Below are positions 1 to 10,042 of a stretch of DNA of 52,697 nt, one piece after another (the first letter of the stretch is position 1; each line of letters starts with the position of its first letter). Both the position numbers and the translations under genes were made by a program. The notes below the pieces were generated by a model. The model was given only the letters and a program-made list of their open reading frames with translations. It ran no database searches and was not told the DNA's origin. This DNA comes from a virus. Taxonomy: Duplodnaviria > Caudoviricetes. The stretch is taken from positions 1-52,697 of the IMG/VR virus record IMGVR_UViG_3300026097_001084, one strand, 5' to 3'.

Positions 1-762
1 CATCAAATCTCTATATTGATTGGTTGTTCTGTTTACTCTGAGTAAGTATTTGGTTGATTTTTTTAAATTTTCAATATGCTTTTCAAAAGAGTAGTTAACA
101 TCAATTGTATTAGTAGCTCTTGTAAAAGTTTCATATTCAGTAACATTATCAAATATACATGTTGTTAATGGAGTATCATCCCCATATTGAATACGTTCTT
201 GTTCATATCCCAACATATTACTTGATAAAATAATCATAGAAGTATTTGGTAAACCATAATCTATAATAACATTATCAAACAACTCATAGTAATTTTTTAA
301 ATTACCATCTACATTATTATAATCATTATAATAAAAACTATCCGCCTCAAATCCAAAATATAAAAATAAATAAGCATTACCTAATTTCATTTCAGATAAT
401 AGTTCAGGATAATCTTTAAATAAATTATCAAAAAAGTTATTACGTATTATATTAAATGACCTACTACCTGGATGAAAATCTAATTGAATTATTACCTTTT
501 TATTTAAACTTAATGAAGTTTTTAAATCATAGTTTGGTATGTATATGTTATTATTAATATAATAATCAGTCAATTCCCGATTATGATAGAACTCAGAACT
601 ACCGGATATAGAATAAACATATTGGTTTAGTAAATCATTAAAATATTTAGATGGTCTATTTATGATATGTGAATCATCTCTAGCGGATTCTTTATATTCA
701 TCGGTAATTGTTGTAAATATAAAATTATCAATTAAATATTTTACGGATTCTAAATAATTCAT
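1..762 (-). CDS. partial hypothetical protein (3' end beyond window), probable member of a glycosyltransferase-like family
   Basis: Read manually: ATG at 762, frame open to the edge (MNYLESVKYLIDNF...KSTKYLLRVNRTTNQYRDLM); the last motif resembles 'KHKTLISVRKQSHNRDYLF' of 13904..14872. Not in the ORF track. Confidence 0.75.
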   Translation of the reverse strand, partial: MNYLESVKYLIDNFIFTTITDEYKESARDDSHIINRPSKYFNDLLNQYVYSISGSSEFYHNRELTDYYINNNIYIPNYDLKTSLSLNKKVIIQLDFHPGSRSFNIIRNNFFDNLFKDYPELLSEMKLGNAYLFLYFGFEADSFYYNDYNNVDGNLKNYYELFDNVIIDYGLPNTSMIILSSNMLGYEQERIQYGDDTPLTTCIFDNVTEYETFTRATNTIDVNYSFEKHIENLKKSTKYLLRVNRTTNQYRDLM

Positions 763-766
763 ATTA

Positions 767-1660
767 TTATATCTTTTCTAATTCTTTACCAAAGTTTGAT
801 TCGGCTATTTGTTGGAAATGTTCTTTTCTATCAAAAACTGACATATTGTTTAAATAGTGGGCGTTGTTTCTGTATTTGTAATTTTCACAAATAACTACAT
901 TTTTCATTTTGAATTGTTGAACTTTGATATCAGTAGTTTGAGTTAGTTTTTCACTTGCCCACATTAAAAAGGTATCATCATATCCATAATGTCCAAATGA
1001 TTCAGGTATACCAACTCGTTTGAGTAAGGGTTTACTGATACAAGTAAACATACCTCCTAAGAATTTATACCGAGGTTGTCTTTCTAATGTATTTTTTACT
1101 TCTACTATTTCTACCTCACCATAAATACCACTATCCACATAAGGATTACAGATACTTTGATAATTGAGTTTTTTATCTTTAAAGTTTTCATTTACTAAAT
1201 TATCCCAACTTTCATCCCACATTCTTACCATTTCAGGAGTTACGATGTGATATGGTGTAAATTCACTTGCCTGTTTTAGGGATTGTTCTAAATAAAATAA
1301 AGTTTTCTCTGGAAAAACTATATGAGTATTTAACCAAATAAAATGAGATGCGGATTTGAAATGAGTTTCAAAACTATCTCTACGATGCGAAACCTCACCT
1401 AAAATATCGGTTGAGGTTCTCATATACTTTACACACCAATCTGCGTGTGCTGATAGTTTTAGAAGTTTTTCTTCAAAGTATGGTTTGGGTATAGATGATT
1501 TTTTCCAATTGACCATATTTTCAGATAAACATAGAGTTATATCCAAAACAAGTTCAACATCATCTGATAAGTGATATGAAGATAATCGAAGTTGATGAAG
1601 TAGGATTTCCAATTCATCAATTTCATGCGGTAAAGTGAAGATTGAAACCACTATTCTCAT
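767..1660 (-). CDS. GT-A fold glycosyltransferase-like protein, paralog of 1662..2552, with degenerate DxD
   Basis: HFIWLNTHIVF (DxD position reads NTH) and GHYGYDDTFLMW; colinear similarity to the adjacent gene. Confidence 0.6.
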   Translation of the reverse strand: MRIVVSIFTLPHEIDELEILLHQLRLSSYHLSDDVELVLDITLCLSENMVNWKKSSIPKPYFEEKLLKLSAHADWCVKYMRTSTDILGEVSHRRDSFETHFKSASHFIWLNTHIVFPEKTLFYLEQSLKQASEFTPYHIVTPEMVRMWDESWDNLVNENFKDKKLNYQSICNPYVDSGIYGEVEIVEVKNTLERQPRYKFLGGMFTCISKPLLKRVGIPESFGHYGYDDTFLMWASEKLTQTTDIKVQQFKMKNVVICENYKYRNNAHYLNNMSVFDRKEHFQQIAESNFGKELEKI

Positions 1661-1661
1661 A

Positions 1662-2552
1662 TTATAATTTATCTATTTCGGAGTTGAATGCACTATGTGC
1701 TATTTGTAAAAATTCATCTTTACGATTTATTCGTTTAATTAATAAATCATATTCACTTTGATTTCTGTAATAGAAGTTTTCACAAACTACATAATTTTTT
1801 AATTTAAACTGATAGATATCCTCACCTCTTCTTTTTAACTTTTCCATTCCCCACATTAAGAAGGTATCATCGGGTCCATATGCCCCCATTGATTCTGGTA
1901 AAGGAATACTATCTAATAAGTATTTTGAAACTACCACTAACCAACCTGCTCCGAACTTAAATTGTGGTTGGCCATAAACATTGTTAGATACACTTTCGAT
2001 TGAAACATCTCCCTTAACACCACTTTCGGTGAATGGATTACATGTTTTACAATAATCTAATTCGTTATCTAAGTAATTTTCATTTACTACACAATCCCAA
2101 GTGGTATCCCAATACTTAACCACTTCAGGTGTGATGATATACTTTTGGATATTGTTAGATTCAATTGTATTGATTCCATTTTCCAAATAAGCTAGTCCCA
2201 TTTCATCAAATACAATATCAGTATCTAACCAAATGAAATGAGTTGCATGAGTAAATTCTTTATGGGTTATTCTCTTTGCTTGTAACGCACCCATGATATC
2301 TTCTCTGATTTGAAAAGTAGAATTACTTGCCCAATCTGTAAGTTTTTTGAGTTTATTAAATTTGTGAATGAAAAATTCTTTATCTATCAATGATTCTTCC
2401 CAATTGATAAGATAGTCTGAAATAGACATTGAGATAGAAAATTCATAATTCTCTCCTTTGATGTATTTAGAAGAACGATTTAATTCAATCAGAACTCTTT
2501 CTAAATCATCCAATTCGTGAGGCATTACGAATGATGTTATAACTATTTTCAT
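1662..2552 (-). CDS. GT-A fold glycosyltransferase (GT2/GT7-like)
   Basis: HFIWLDTDIVF DxD motif; GAYGPDDTF resembles the GT7/GT2 C-terminal 'GGED' motif. Confidence 0.65.
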   Translation of the reverse strand: MKIVITSFVMPHELDDLERVLIELNRSSKYIKGENYEFSISMSISDYLINWEESLIDKEFFIHKFNKLKKLTDWASNSTFQIREDIMGALQAKRITHKEFTHATHFIWLDTDIVFDEMGLAYLENGINTIESNNIQKYIITPEVVKYWDTTWDCVVNENYLDNELDYCKTCNPFTESGVKGDVSIESVSNNVYGQPQFKFGAGWLVVVSKYLLDSIPLPESMGAYGPDDTFLMWGMEKLKRRGEDIYQFKLKNYVVCENFYYRNQSEYDLLIKRINRKDEFLQIAHSAFNSEIDKL

Positions 2553-3325
2553 TAATATTGGTTTGTGATTACTTCATTTAAAGATGGAATTCTATCATAC
2601 TGGTGAACTAATACATAAGGAGTATCTCCATTCATTACAATTCCATCTTTAATTTCTACTTCAGCTTTTTCAAATCTTTTTGGATTTTTTATAGAATCAA
2701 CCTGTAAAGCGAAATCTGAGTTTAGTTTTATTTTATCAGATACCAAAGAATTGTTTAATAAAAGGTTTAGTGCTGATTGGTCTGTAAAGTGAGTAGTATC
2801 GCCACCCTGAGATATCAACCAATTTACCATTAGTAAATCTTTCATTGATTGGTATTTACCTGCCATGACACCAACGTTAGCAACTACGTTTGATTTTATT
2901 GAATCCCAAAATATAGGTCCATATCCTTCGTGAATATTTTTCCTTGCCCAAGGTTCATCTTCATTTTTAATATTTTCAGATGCGACTATGATTTCTGATT
3001 GTAGATTTTTACTCAACCAATCTGATGGGTTAGTTTGCCAGACAATATCACGAACATCGGTGGTGATTATATGATTCCATTTACGAGAATCGTTTTCAAG
3101 GAAATACCACATATCAATCAATCTTCTCATATGAGGATGCCCGTGAAGTTCCATACCATAACATTCCCAACCATTTGATTTTAGATAATCAACTGTTTCT
3201 GTTGGTATATTATAACATATCATAACTTTATCACCACTAAAACCAGAATTATTTAAAGATTCAATATAAATTTTTATTTTCTCTGGTAAGTAATTTGCTA
3301 TTGCTGATATTACTAAATCTTTCAT
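2552..3325 (-). CDS. putative GT-A glycosyltransferase
   Basis: IITTDVRDIVWQ, NVGVMAG, DQSALN and VHQYDR motifs typical of GT8/GT34-like folds. Confidence 0.6.
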   Translation of the reverse strand: MKDLVISAIANYLPEKIKIYIESLNNSGFSGDKVMICYNIPTETVDYLKSNGWECYGMELHGHPHMRRLIDMWYFLENDSRKWNHIITTDVRDIVWQTNPSDWLSKNLQSEIIVASENIKNEDEPWARKNIHEGYGPIFWDSIKSNVVANVGVMAGKYQSMKDLLMVNWLISQGGDTTHFTDQSALNLLLNNSLVSDKIKLNSDFALQVDSIKNPKRFEKAEVEIKDGIVMNGDTPYVLVHQYDRIPSLNEVITNQY

Positions 3326-3900
3326 CTTTTGAAGAATTTAAAATTAAAATAATTTATTTCTTCTTTGAATAACTCATCTACCTTTTTACGAGTTTCCTCA
3401 TCGTAATATTCACGTGCATTATAAGAAAATGTAGTTTTTTGTGATTTTCTATGAGCCGGTTTTGGAATAATTTTATTTAACTCAACTGGATTTTCAATAT
3501 TCAATTGATTACATACTTCCAAATAATCTTCTTTTATATTTTCAAAGAAACCAATAAAATCTACATCAATTTTACCTTCTTTATTTTTTAAATATATCAT
3601 CTGGTCCATTGGATTATTATCTTGCCATGAGGCAATCCAATCAACATCCCACCCAACATTACACCCACCATGAACCCATTTTCTAAATCCTTTTATTTCG
3701 TGTCCATATTGATGTCTATACCAAGAAACTAAACGAGTGTAGGTATTTCTTACAAATGCAAAAGAATAATCATAATCAATATTTTTTTCTTGAAAATATC
3801 CAAGAGTGTGGTGGCCATTTGGTGTTTTTAAAGCAGTACCAATTGATGTACTACCTGTTTTTGGTATTCTTATGAATAAAACTTTTTGTTTATTTTCCAT
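3322..3900 (-). CDS. sulfotransferase (Sulfotransfer_2-like)
   Basis: 5'-PSB loop FIRIPKTGSTSI, 3'-PB FAFVRNTYTRLVSWY, and DFIGFFENIKED. Confidence 0.85.
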   Translation of the reverse strand: MENKQKVLFIRIPKTGSTSIGTALKTPNGHHTLGYFQEKNIDYDYSFAFVRNTYTRLVSWYRHQYGHEIKGFRKWVHGGCNVGWDVDWIASWQDNNPMDQMIYLKNKEGKIDVDFIGFFENIKEDYLEVCNQLNIENPVELNKIIPKPAHRKSQKTTFSYNAREYYDEETRKKVDELFKEEINYFNFKFFKR

Positions 3901-4630
3901 ATTTTTTCCAATCGTTATGCTTAAACAACCCCTCTCCGTGTGCTACTTTGAAATCTTGTTTAACCCACCACTTACCAATATTACCTTCTAATGCAATACC
4001 ATCACCTGCGAAGTTCTGAACCACATCTAAGTAAAATTGTTTTTTATACATAGTAGGATTATTTGTCCAATTAGCCCAACGTGAGGTGGTTGTAAAATAT
4101 TCTCCTTCTTTTTTAATTTTATCACCAAATTCTACATCAGGTTCTAACCAATGTAATGAATCCAATAAGTGAGGTGAAGTTGCCCCTATTTCTTTATCAA
4201 AATAAGTCAATTCCTCTCCTCTATGTCTGAATGAAAAATGAGGTACACCTGGATTTCTGCGATGTCTGTATCGTACTGCAGATGTTCCATTATTCAATAA
4301 ATCAATACCACTTTGTAACCTTTCTAAAGTAGTTGGTAAATCTTCTATCAAGTTCCAATCATGTTCTAATACTAAAACATTATCAGTTTTTGCATTCTTG
4401 GTTAGTTCAATAAAAGCCTGTCCTATTCCAATATTATTCTTATAAGGTAAATATGGTATATTAAAATGTTTAGCTATTTTTAAATCAGTTTCTGAGAATT
4501 CTTGGAAAAGAATCGTAACATCATTTACATGATGTAGAAAGCTTCTATCAAAATAGGTCTGTAAAGTATCAATTAAAACTTGATTACTTTTCCATGATAA
4601 AATACCAATACTTAGTGGAAGTTTTTCCAT
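3890..4630 (-). CDS. putative GT2-like glycosyltransferase
   Basis: NIGIGQA...VLVLEHDW GT-A signature; WTNNP. Confidence 0.65.
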   Translation of the reverse strand: MEKLPLSIGILSWKSNQVLIDTLQTYFDRSFLHHVNDVTILFQEFSETDLKIAKHFNIPYLPYKNNIGIGQAFIELTKNAKTDNVLVLEHDWNLIEDLPTTLERLQSGIDLLNNGTSAVRYRHRRNPGVPHFSFRHRGEELTYFDKEIGATSPHLLDSLHWLEPDVEFGDKIKKEGEYFTTTSRWANWTNNPTMYKKQFYLDVVQNFAGDGIALEGNIGKWWVKQDFKVAHGEGLFKHNDWKKYGK

Positions 4631-4632
4631 TT

Positions 4633-5487
4633 TTATAATGAATCAATATATTCTTTTAATCTATCCTGAGGTTTCCAACCTAATCTATTTAAACTATCAT
4701 CATTTTCACGAAGAGTTTTGCGATAGTTTCCTGGCTGGTCTGGTAAATACATTGCATCAGAACCAAACTTTTCTTTAAACATACCATAAACTTCATTTAT
4801 AGAATAATTCACACCAGTACCAAGTTCCCATGCATCTTCATGTGATTCTGAACTCATACCAACCTTATATAGTGCATCTACAATATCATCTATATGAGTA
4901 AAATCTCTTCTTTGTTCACCATCACCAACTATTGTTATAGGTTGATTATCCCTAACCTGTCTCCTCCATATACCAATTACTGCAGCCCAATCACCATCTA
5001 CGATTTCATGTGGCCCATATACATTATAAAAACGAGTTATCTCAACATCCAAATTATAAACTTTTCTATATAATTTAAATATTTCCTCACCCATATGTTT
5101 AAATGCTGCATAAGGGGATTTCATCGGGTCATGCCATCTTGAGGATGAACCGGCATAGATTACTTTTACATTACCATGCCTTGCAAATTCAGCAACTGCT
5201 CTACTTCCTATTGTATTTACTCTAAAAGTTTCAGTTGGGTCATCAAAAGATGGTTGAATACGAGATAGGGCAGCTAGATGATAAACTATATCAAATGATT
5301 CACCTTTAATATATTCAATCTGCTCTATATCACCTGTGATATAATTACACCCCTCTTGTTCATTTTCTTTTAAACCACTATCGTAGTTATCCAATGAATG
5401 AACTTCATGTCCTTCTGATAATAATCGTTTGATTAAATTGGTACCAATAAATCCAGCTCCGCCAGTTACTAATATCTTTTTACTCAT
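4633..5487 (-). CDS. NAD-dependent sugar epimerase/dehydratase (extended SDR)
   Basis: ILVTGGAGFIG, HLAA, SPYAAFK (YxxxK), RFYNVYGP, GDGEQRRDF. Confidence 0.95.
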   Translation of the reverse strand: MSKKILVTGGAGFIGTNLIKRLLSEGHEVHSLDNYDSGLKENEQEGCNYITGDIEQIEYIKGESFDIVYHLAALSRIQPSFDDPTETFRVNTIGSRAVAEFARHGNVKVIYAGSSSRWHDPMKSPYAAFKHMGEEIFKLYRKVYNLDVEITRFYNVYGPHEIVDGDWAAVIGIWRRQVRDNQPITIVGDGEQRRDFTHIDDIVDALYKVGMSSESHEDAWELGTGVNYSINEVYGMFKEKFGSDAMYLPDQPGNYRKTLRENDDSLNRLGWKPQDRLKEYIDSL

Positions 5488-6367
5488 GTGAATTCCACTT
5501 ATTAAATTTCTCTATTATAAATTCTACTCTTTGTTTTTGGGTATGATTTTCTAAAACTTTATTATAACCATTCTGAGCAATTCGTTCTCGTTCTTCTGAG
5601 TTTTCTTGGTAATAATTTAGTTTGTTTATACAATCTACGATATCATCATAAAAGATAATATCTTCACCTTCAATAAATAGTTCGTGTAATTTTTTTGATT
5701 CTTTTAATCTATCACATAATACCAACTTTTTACAAGCCATCCCTTCGAAGATTCTGCGAGTAACTTCTCCCCAACGTGAATTTTGAATTACCATTAATCC
5801 TTTGTTCAAAAATTCAGTATGTTCTTTAGGACCTAAACCATTTTTATTTCCAATCGTACCATTACCATGGTCAGTTAGTGTATTTAGAAATTGTGAATTT
5901 CCATAACCACGAGTAGTTACTCCTACAAACTCTGGTTGTATATCCAATGGAACCTGAACTTTAGTATCTGCGAAGTGTGTCCACCAATATGCATCTCTAC
6001 CACGTTTTTTATATTCTTCAGTTGAATCCGAATCAGGTGAAAGTGTAATATGAAATCGTTCTGATTTTGGAAAGTTTCTTTCGAAGTTCTGTGGGTCATC
6101 TCCACTTTCTTGTACCCAAAATGCATCCACTAAATTCTTATCTAAAAGAGGTGAATCAAACCTACCCCAGTCAAGATATATAACAATATCGGTTTGTGGT
6201 TTAGAGTATATCCATTCTTGTAAATCTCTACCATGGTATTGATTTTTTCTATTAGAACCAATAGAAACGATATCAACTTCCCAACCTAATTCCTTGAACT
6301 CATTTACAAGGGCAAGAGGAGTAGACCATTCTTCGTTTTCGTATGCATAGATAAAGGTTACTTTCAT
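5480..6367 (-). CDS. glycosyltransferase, Glyco_trans_1_2/CgeB-like
   Basis: C-terminal RIFEGMACKKLVLCD...ERERIAQNGYNKVLENHT; start placed at ATG 6367, which overlaps the upstream TGA (ATGA coupling). Confidence 0.85.
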   Translation of the reverse strand: MKVTFIYAYENEEWSTPLALVNEFKELGWEVDIVSIGSNRKNQYHGRDLQEWIYSKPQTDIVIYLDWGRFDSPLLDKNLVDAFWVQESGDDPQNFERNFPKSERFHITLSPDSDSTEEYKKRGRDAYWWTHFADTKVQVPLDIQPEFVGVTTRGYGNSQFLNTLTDHGNGTIGNKNGLGPKEHTEFLNKGLMVIQNSRWGEVTRRIFEGMACKKLVLCDRLKESKKLHELFIEGEDIIFYDDIVDCINKLNYYQENSEERERIAQNGYNKVLENHTQKQRVEFIIEKFNKWNSHE

Positions 6368-7179
6368 GATACTGCTCTTCCTTTCATTTCTTCCCAATCT
6401 CTATTAGTACGAACTTGAGTATTTGTTTGTTCTGCTGCACTTAGAACATTATCTATAACATTTAAGTTTTCTGCTAGGTGAATCAATGCGGCTAAATCTT
6501 TAGGGAAACAATGACCACCAAACCCAAAATCACCATCATGACCTGGTACATTCCAATGTGATTTTCCTAATCGTTCATCGTAAGTTGCATACTCAACTAC
6601 TTTATCGTAATCAACATTTAATCCTTCGCAAATTTGATATATCTCATTTGCAAATGATACCTTTACCGAAAGGAATGTATTGGTTAGATACTTCACCATC
6701 TCTGCATGAGTTGAATCGGTTTTGATGATATGTGCTTTTGGGAATACCTTAGAGAACACCCCTTTTAATTCAGTTGTTGTTGGTCTTGGTCCTCCCAAGA
6801 TAATACGAGATTGATTCTCATAATCTTTAACCGCATTTCTTTCAGTTAAAAATTCAGGGTTAAATACAATGTTTGTTTTGTATTCATCATTCCATCCTTG
6901 GGTAGTACCCGGTACAATAGTTGACTTAACCACAATACCTTTTGCTTTTCCAATATCATCTATTTGTTTGATTACATCTTCTACAATATCAGTATTACAA
7001 CTACCATCTTCGTTCATTGGAGTTGGTAAACAAGTGAATACATAATCACACTTAGCTACCTTATCGAATGTTGAGTTGCATTTAGTTTCATCTAAATCAT
7101 ATGTGAGTACCTGATAAAATTCTTTGAATTTCTGATACACTGCGTTTCCTACAAAACCTTGCCCTATTATTCCTATCAT
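6364..7179 (-). CDS. ugd: UDP-glucose/GDP-mannose 6-dehydrogenase (short phage-type, lacks C-terminal domain)
   Basis: GIIGQGFVG, CLPTP, KSTIVPG, NPEFL, AEMVKY, GFGGHCFPKD catalytic Cys motif. Confidence 0.92.
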   Translation of the reverse strand: MIGIIGQGFVGNAVYQKFKEFYQVLTYDLDETKCNSTFDKVAKCDYVFTCLPTPMNEDGSCNTDIVEDVIKQIDDIGKAKGIVVKSTIVPGTTQGWNDEYKTNIVFNPEFLTERNAVKDYENQSRIILGGPRPTTTELKGVFSKVFPKAHIIKTDSTHAEMVKYLTNTFLSVKVSFANEIYQICEGLNVDYDKVVEYATYDERLGKSHWNVPGHDGDFGFGGHCFPKDLAALIHLAENLNVIDNVLSAAEQTNTQVRTNRDWEEMKGRAVS

Positions 7180-7385
7180 TATTTAATTTCTTTTCCGTAA
7201 TTTATATTATTCCATAATCTCTCAAATCCATAAAAAAATACCAATCCACTTACATTCATTATAATCGCATTCCAAAAATTAGAATCCACTAAACTCAAAG
7301 ATAATATAGTCCAAGAGTTTGTAACCGCAACTAATCTCCATGAGATAGTTTTAAATAAAGTTCTTTTTTTGGTTTCCTTAAACAT
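7179..7385 (-). CDS. small membrane protein, DUF2061-like
   Basis: ETKKRTLFKTISWR...FFYGFERLWNNINYG; start at ATG 7385 abutting the upstream stop. Confidence 0.75.
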   Translation of the reverse strand: MFKETKKRTLFKTISWRLVAVTNSWTILSLSLVDSNFWNAIIMNVSGLVFFYGFERLWNNINYGKEIK

Positions 7386-8008
7386 TATATTGTTTCGTAA
7401 AATTTGTTTTGTTTTTCTTGTCTTTGGATTTCCTTTGGGTGATATAAAGACCATTCTTCTTCTGAAGGAAAGTTTGAAAATGTATCATAACCAGTTAGAG
7501 TTTCATGTACTTTATTTTTCCACTCCACCGCTTCGGTTCTACGATATATTCTTAATTGATAATCTGGAAAGTTTACCCAACCCTTTTCATTTACATTCCA
7601 TCTCCATTTTTGAATATGTTCTTCAGTTAATCCATCAACTGTATTTACTCTTGGTACGAATACTACATCGACTGGATTATCTTCCAATACTTGAGGTAAC
7701 CAATTTACCAAATTTTCGTGTGGTAGTTCATCTGCATCAATTTGGAATACATAATCTTTGGTACAATGATTCTTTAGGTTGTTTTTAAATGTACCAAAAT
7801 CCTTATTGAGTGGAAACCCTACTATGGTGTAAGAATGCATCTTAGACATGATATCTAAGTATTCCATAACTTCTTGAGTAACAGATGTTTCATCATATTG
7901 AACTACGATTTCATCATCTTCTCTAATATTATTTTGTAAAAAATTGAGAAGTTTAGTTAACTCCTCAATCTCATTACATACGGTTATTGCGTAACTAATC
8001 GTTTTCAT
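7385..8008 (-). CDS. glycosyltransferase family 2
   Basis: ISYAITVCNE, DYVFQIDADE, PDYQLRIYR, WKNKVHE. Confidence 0.9.
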   Translation of the reverse strand: MKTISYAITVCNEIEELTKLLNFLQNNIREDDEIVVQYDETSVTQEVMEYLDIMSKMHSYTIVGFPLNKDFGTFKNNLKNHCTKDYVFQIDADELPHENLVNWLPQVLEDNPVDVVFVPRVNTVDGLTEEHIQKWRWNVNEKGWVNFPDYQLRIYRRTEAVEWKNKVHETLTGYDTFSNFPSEEEWSLYHPKEIQRQEKQNKFYETI

Positions 8009-8510
8009 CTACTTCTTGTTCTATATCTGCTTGTCTTGTTGATGCGGTTGAACCTTCTTTAAATAATTCTTGTAAGAAATCTTGTTCAAAACGAATTTCA
8101 TATACATTCTGAATATTATTTAAAAAGTAAGTTCTGTAATTTCCAAGTGCTTTGGAATATATTTTAGAATTGTTTTTTACATAGGTTTCAAATAAACTTT
8201 TTCCATCTACCGAAAACTTTTTTAGAAATAACCATAACATCTGGTCTGAACCTAATGGTATTCTTTTATCTCTTAGTTTGTTAATAAAGTTGGTAAAATC
8301 AACCGGTCTAATATCATTGAGTTTCAAAGCATGCACCTTCCCATCAACGATACCAATTACAAAAATGTATCTTGCATCTTCACCACTTTTAGTAATAGGA
8401 TTACCACCTTTGTAGGTGGTAATTCTATATATGTTTCTTGGTTTGATTAGAGATTTTGCAATTCTTTTCTCTGGTTTTAAAAATTGTTTATATTGTCTTG
8501 TAAATGCCAT
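7995..8510 (-). CDS. hypothetical protein
   Basis: 171-aa ORF coupled to neighbours; no recognised motif. Confidence 0.7.
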   Translation of the reverse strand: MAFTRQYKQFLKPEKRIAKSLIKPRNIYRITTYKGGNPITKSGEDARYIFVIGIVDGKVHALKLNDIRPVDFTNFINKLRDKRIPLGSDQMLWLFLKKFSVDGKSLFETYVKNNSKIYSKALGNYRTYFLNNIQNVYEIRFEQDFLQELFKEGSTASTRQADIEQEVDEND

Positions 8511-8511
8511 T

Positions 8512-9771
8512 CTATAATTTGTTTATAGTTGGTAGTTTTAATTCTACTTTTTTCTGAACTTTTACGTACTTATCAAGTATTCCTTTCAGAACTTCGGTTT
8601 GTTTCTCTATGGTAAAGTTCTTTTGGATATTAGTTTTTAATCCCTTAGATTTGGTTAAGTAAGTTTTGTAGTTCTTATGTACATCAAAAATCTTTTGGGC
8701 TGCTTTAGAATAATCTACTGTAAACCATTTTGCTTCTTCTAACAAAAATTTATTTGCTGCTGATTTATGAATTGGAGTCAACTGCCCTTCTAAATAAACT
8801 GTGTTTTCTTTTGGTAAGAAATCCTTGAATCCACTCCAATCTGAAACTAGAATTGGTTTACCTGTTGTTGCAAACTCTGCAAGTGGTCTACCATATCCTT
8901 CTCCTTTGGTAAACATTAAAAAGGATTTAACTTTATCATCATTGTAAAGTGAGTTTAATTCACTTTCTGATAAATCACCAAATACTAAATGAATAGGAGG
9001 ACACTTATCACCATATTCATTGGTAACTTGTTTAATCTTATCTGCAATTACTTCTCGCTCACCTACTGAAAATCCTGCAGCAGATGTTTTTAAAATAAGA
9101 CCTGGTTGTTGTTTCTTTGGTAAATCTTTGAAAACAGTACAAAATGTTTTAATCATCATTCCAACATCTTTTCTATCTTGTCCCAAATCTCCTGCTAACC
9201 AATGTCCTACAAAGAGGAAGTTGAAATCAGTATCAACTCCTTCTAAAATAGAAGAAGAAGATTTACCATTGAATACATCTAAATCCACTCCTTCAAATAA
9301 AACTTCTACGGGTGTATTTAGTTTTAATTCTCCAATTGGTTGTTTGGTATTTTTATCAACTTGATTGAATGAAGTTTTTACTAAAACATCTTTGGTAAAC
9401 TGAGATGGTGTTATAATCAAATCCATTTGATTACCTCCTTGTAAAAATTCAGAAGGTGAGATGGTAGATTCTACCCCTGCAGTTATGCCAATGTTATACT
9501 TACCAAGTTTTCTAAACTCATTGGCAACTGATATTTGAATATAAACATCAGGTTGTTGAGTTAGTTGGGTTACAATACGTTCAAGTACCATTCTACCAAA
9601 ATCAGTTTGTGGGTCTAATTGGTCTTGTGGAGTATTTCCCCATCTCGTTGGTATAATTTTAATATCATACATATCCAACTCGAAAAGTGATTTGAGAATA
9701 TCTCTACTATGGTCACCATATCCACTACGAGTTGCGATTGGTGATTGAAATACTAATGTTGGTTTACTCAT
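8512..9771 (-). CDS. GT-B (GT4-like) glycosyltransferase
   Basis: SGYGDH, FLFVGHW, RKDVG, KGEGYGRPLAEF. Confidence 0.9.
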   Translation of the reverse strand: MSKPTLVFQSPIATRSGYGDHSRDILKSLFELDMYDIKIIPTRWGNTPQDQLDPQTDFGRMVLERIVTQLTQQPDVYIQISVANEFRKLGKYNIGITAGVESTISPSEFLQGGNQMDLIITPSQFTKDVLVKTSFNQVDKNTKQPIGELKLNTPVEVLFEGVDLDVFNGKSSSSILEGVDTDFNFLFVGHWLAGDLGQDRKDVGMMIKTFCTVFKDLPKKQQPGLILKTSAAGFSVGEREVIADKIKQVTNEYGDKCPPIHLVFGDLSESELNSLYNDDKVKSFLMFTKGEGYGRPLAEFATTGKPILVSDWSGFKDFLPKENTVYLEGQLTPIHKSAANKFLLEEAKWFTVDYSKAAQKIFDVHKNYKTYLTKSKGLKTNIQKNFTIEKQTEVLKGILDKYVKVQKKVELKLPTINKL

Positions 9772-10042
9772 TATCTAATTCTTTTAATCTGTTTTCTTCC
9801 TCATTTCTTAAACATCTATCGATGGATAATTGAGTGAGTTTTGTTATATTTTCTAATTTTTCTGGTTCGTGTGGGGAATTAAAACATTCAAATTTGGTAG
9901 TTTCAATTTCATTATCTTGTAAAACAATGATATGATAATCTTCATTCAAATCCTTCATACCATGAATCGCCTTACGAGATTCGTTTACTTGATTTGATGT
10001 CCAATAACCCGGTACACGAATTATGAATATTGGTTTACTCAT
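9764..10042 (-). CDS. hypothetical protein
   Basis: 92-aa ORF overlapping both neighbours. Confidence 0.65.
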   Translation of the reverse strand: MSKPIFIIRVPGYWTSNQVNESRKAIHGMKDLNEDYHIIVLQDNEIETTKFECFNSPHEPEKLENITKLTQLSIDRCLRNEEENRLKELDNE

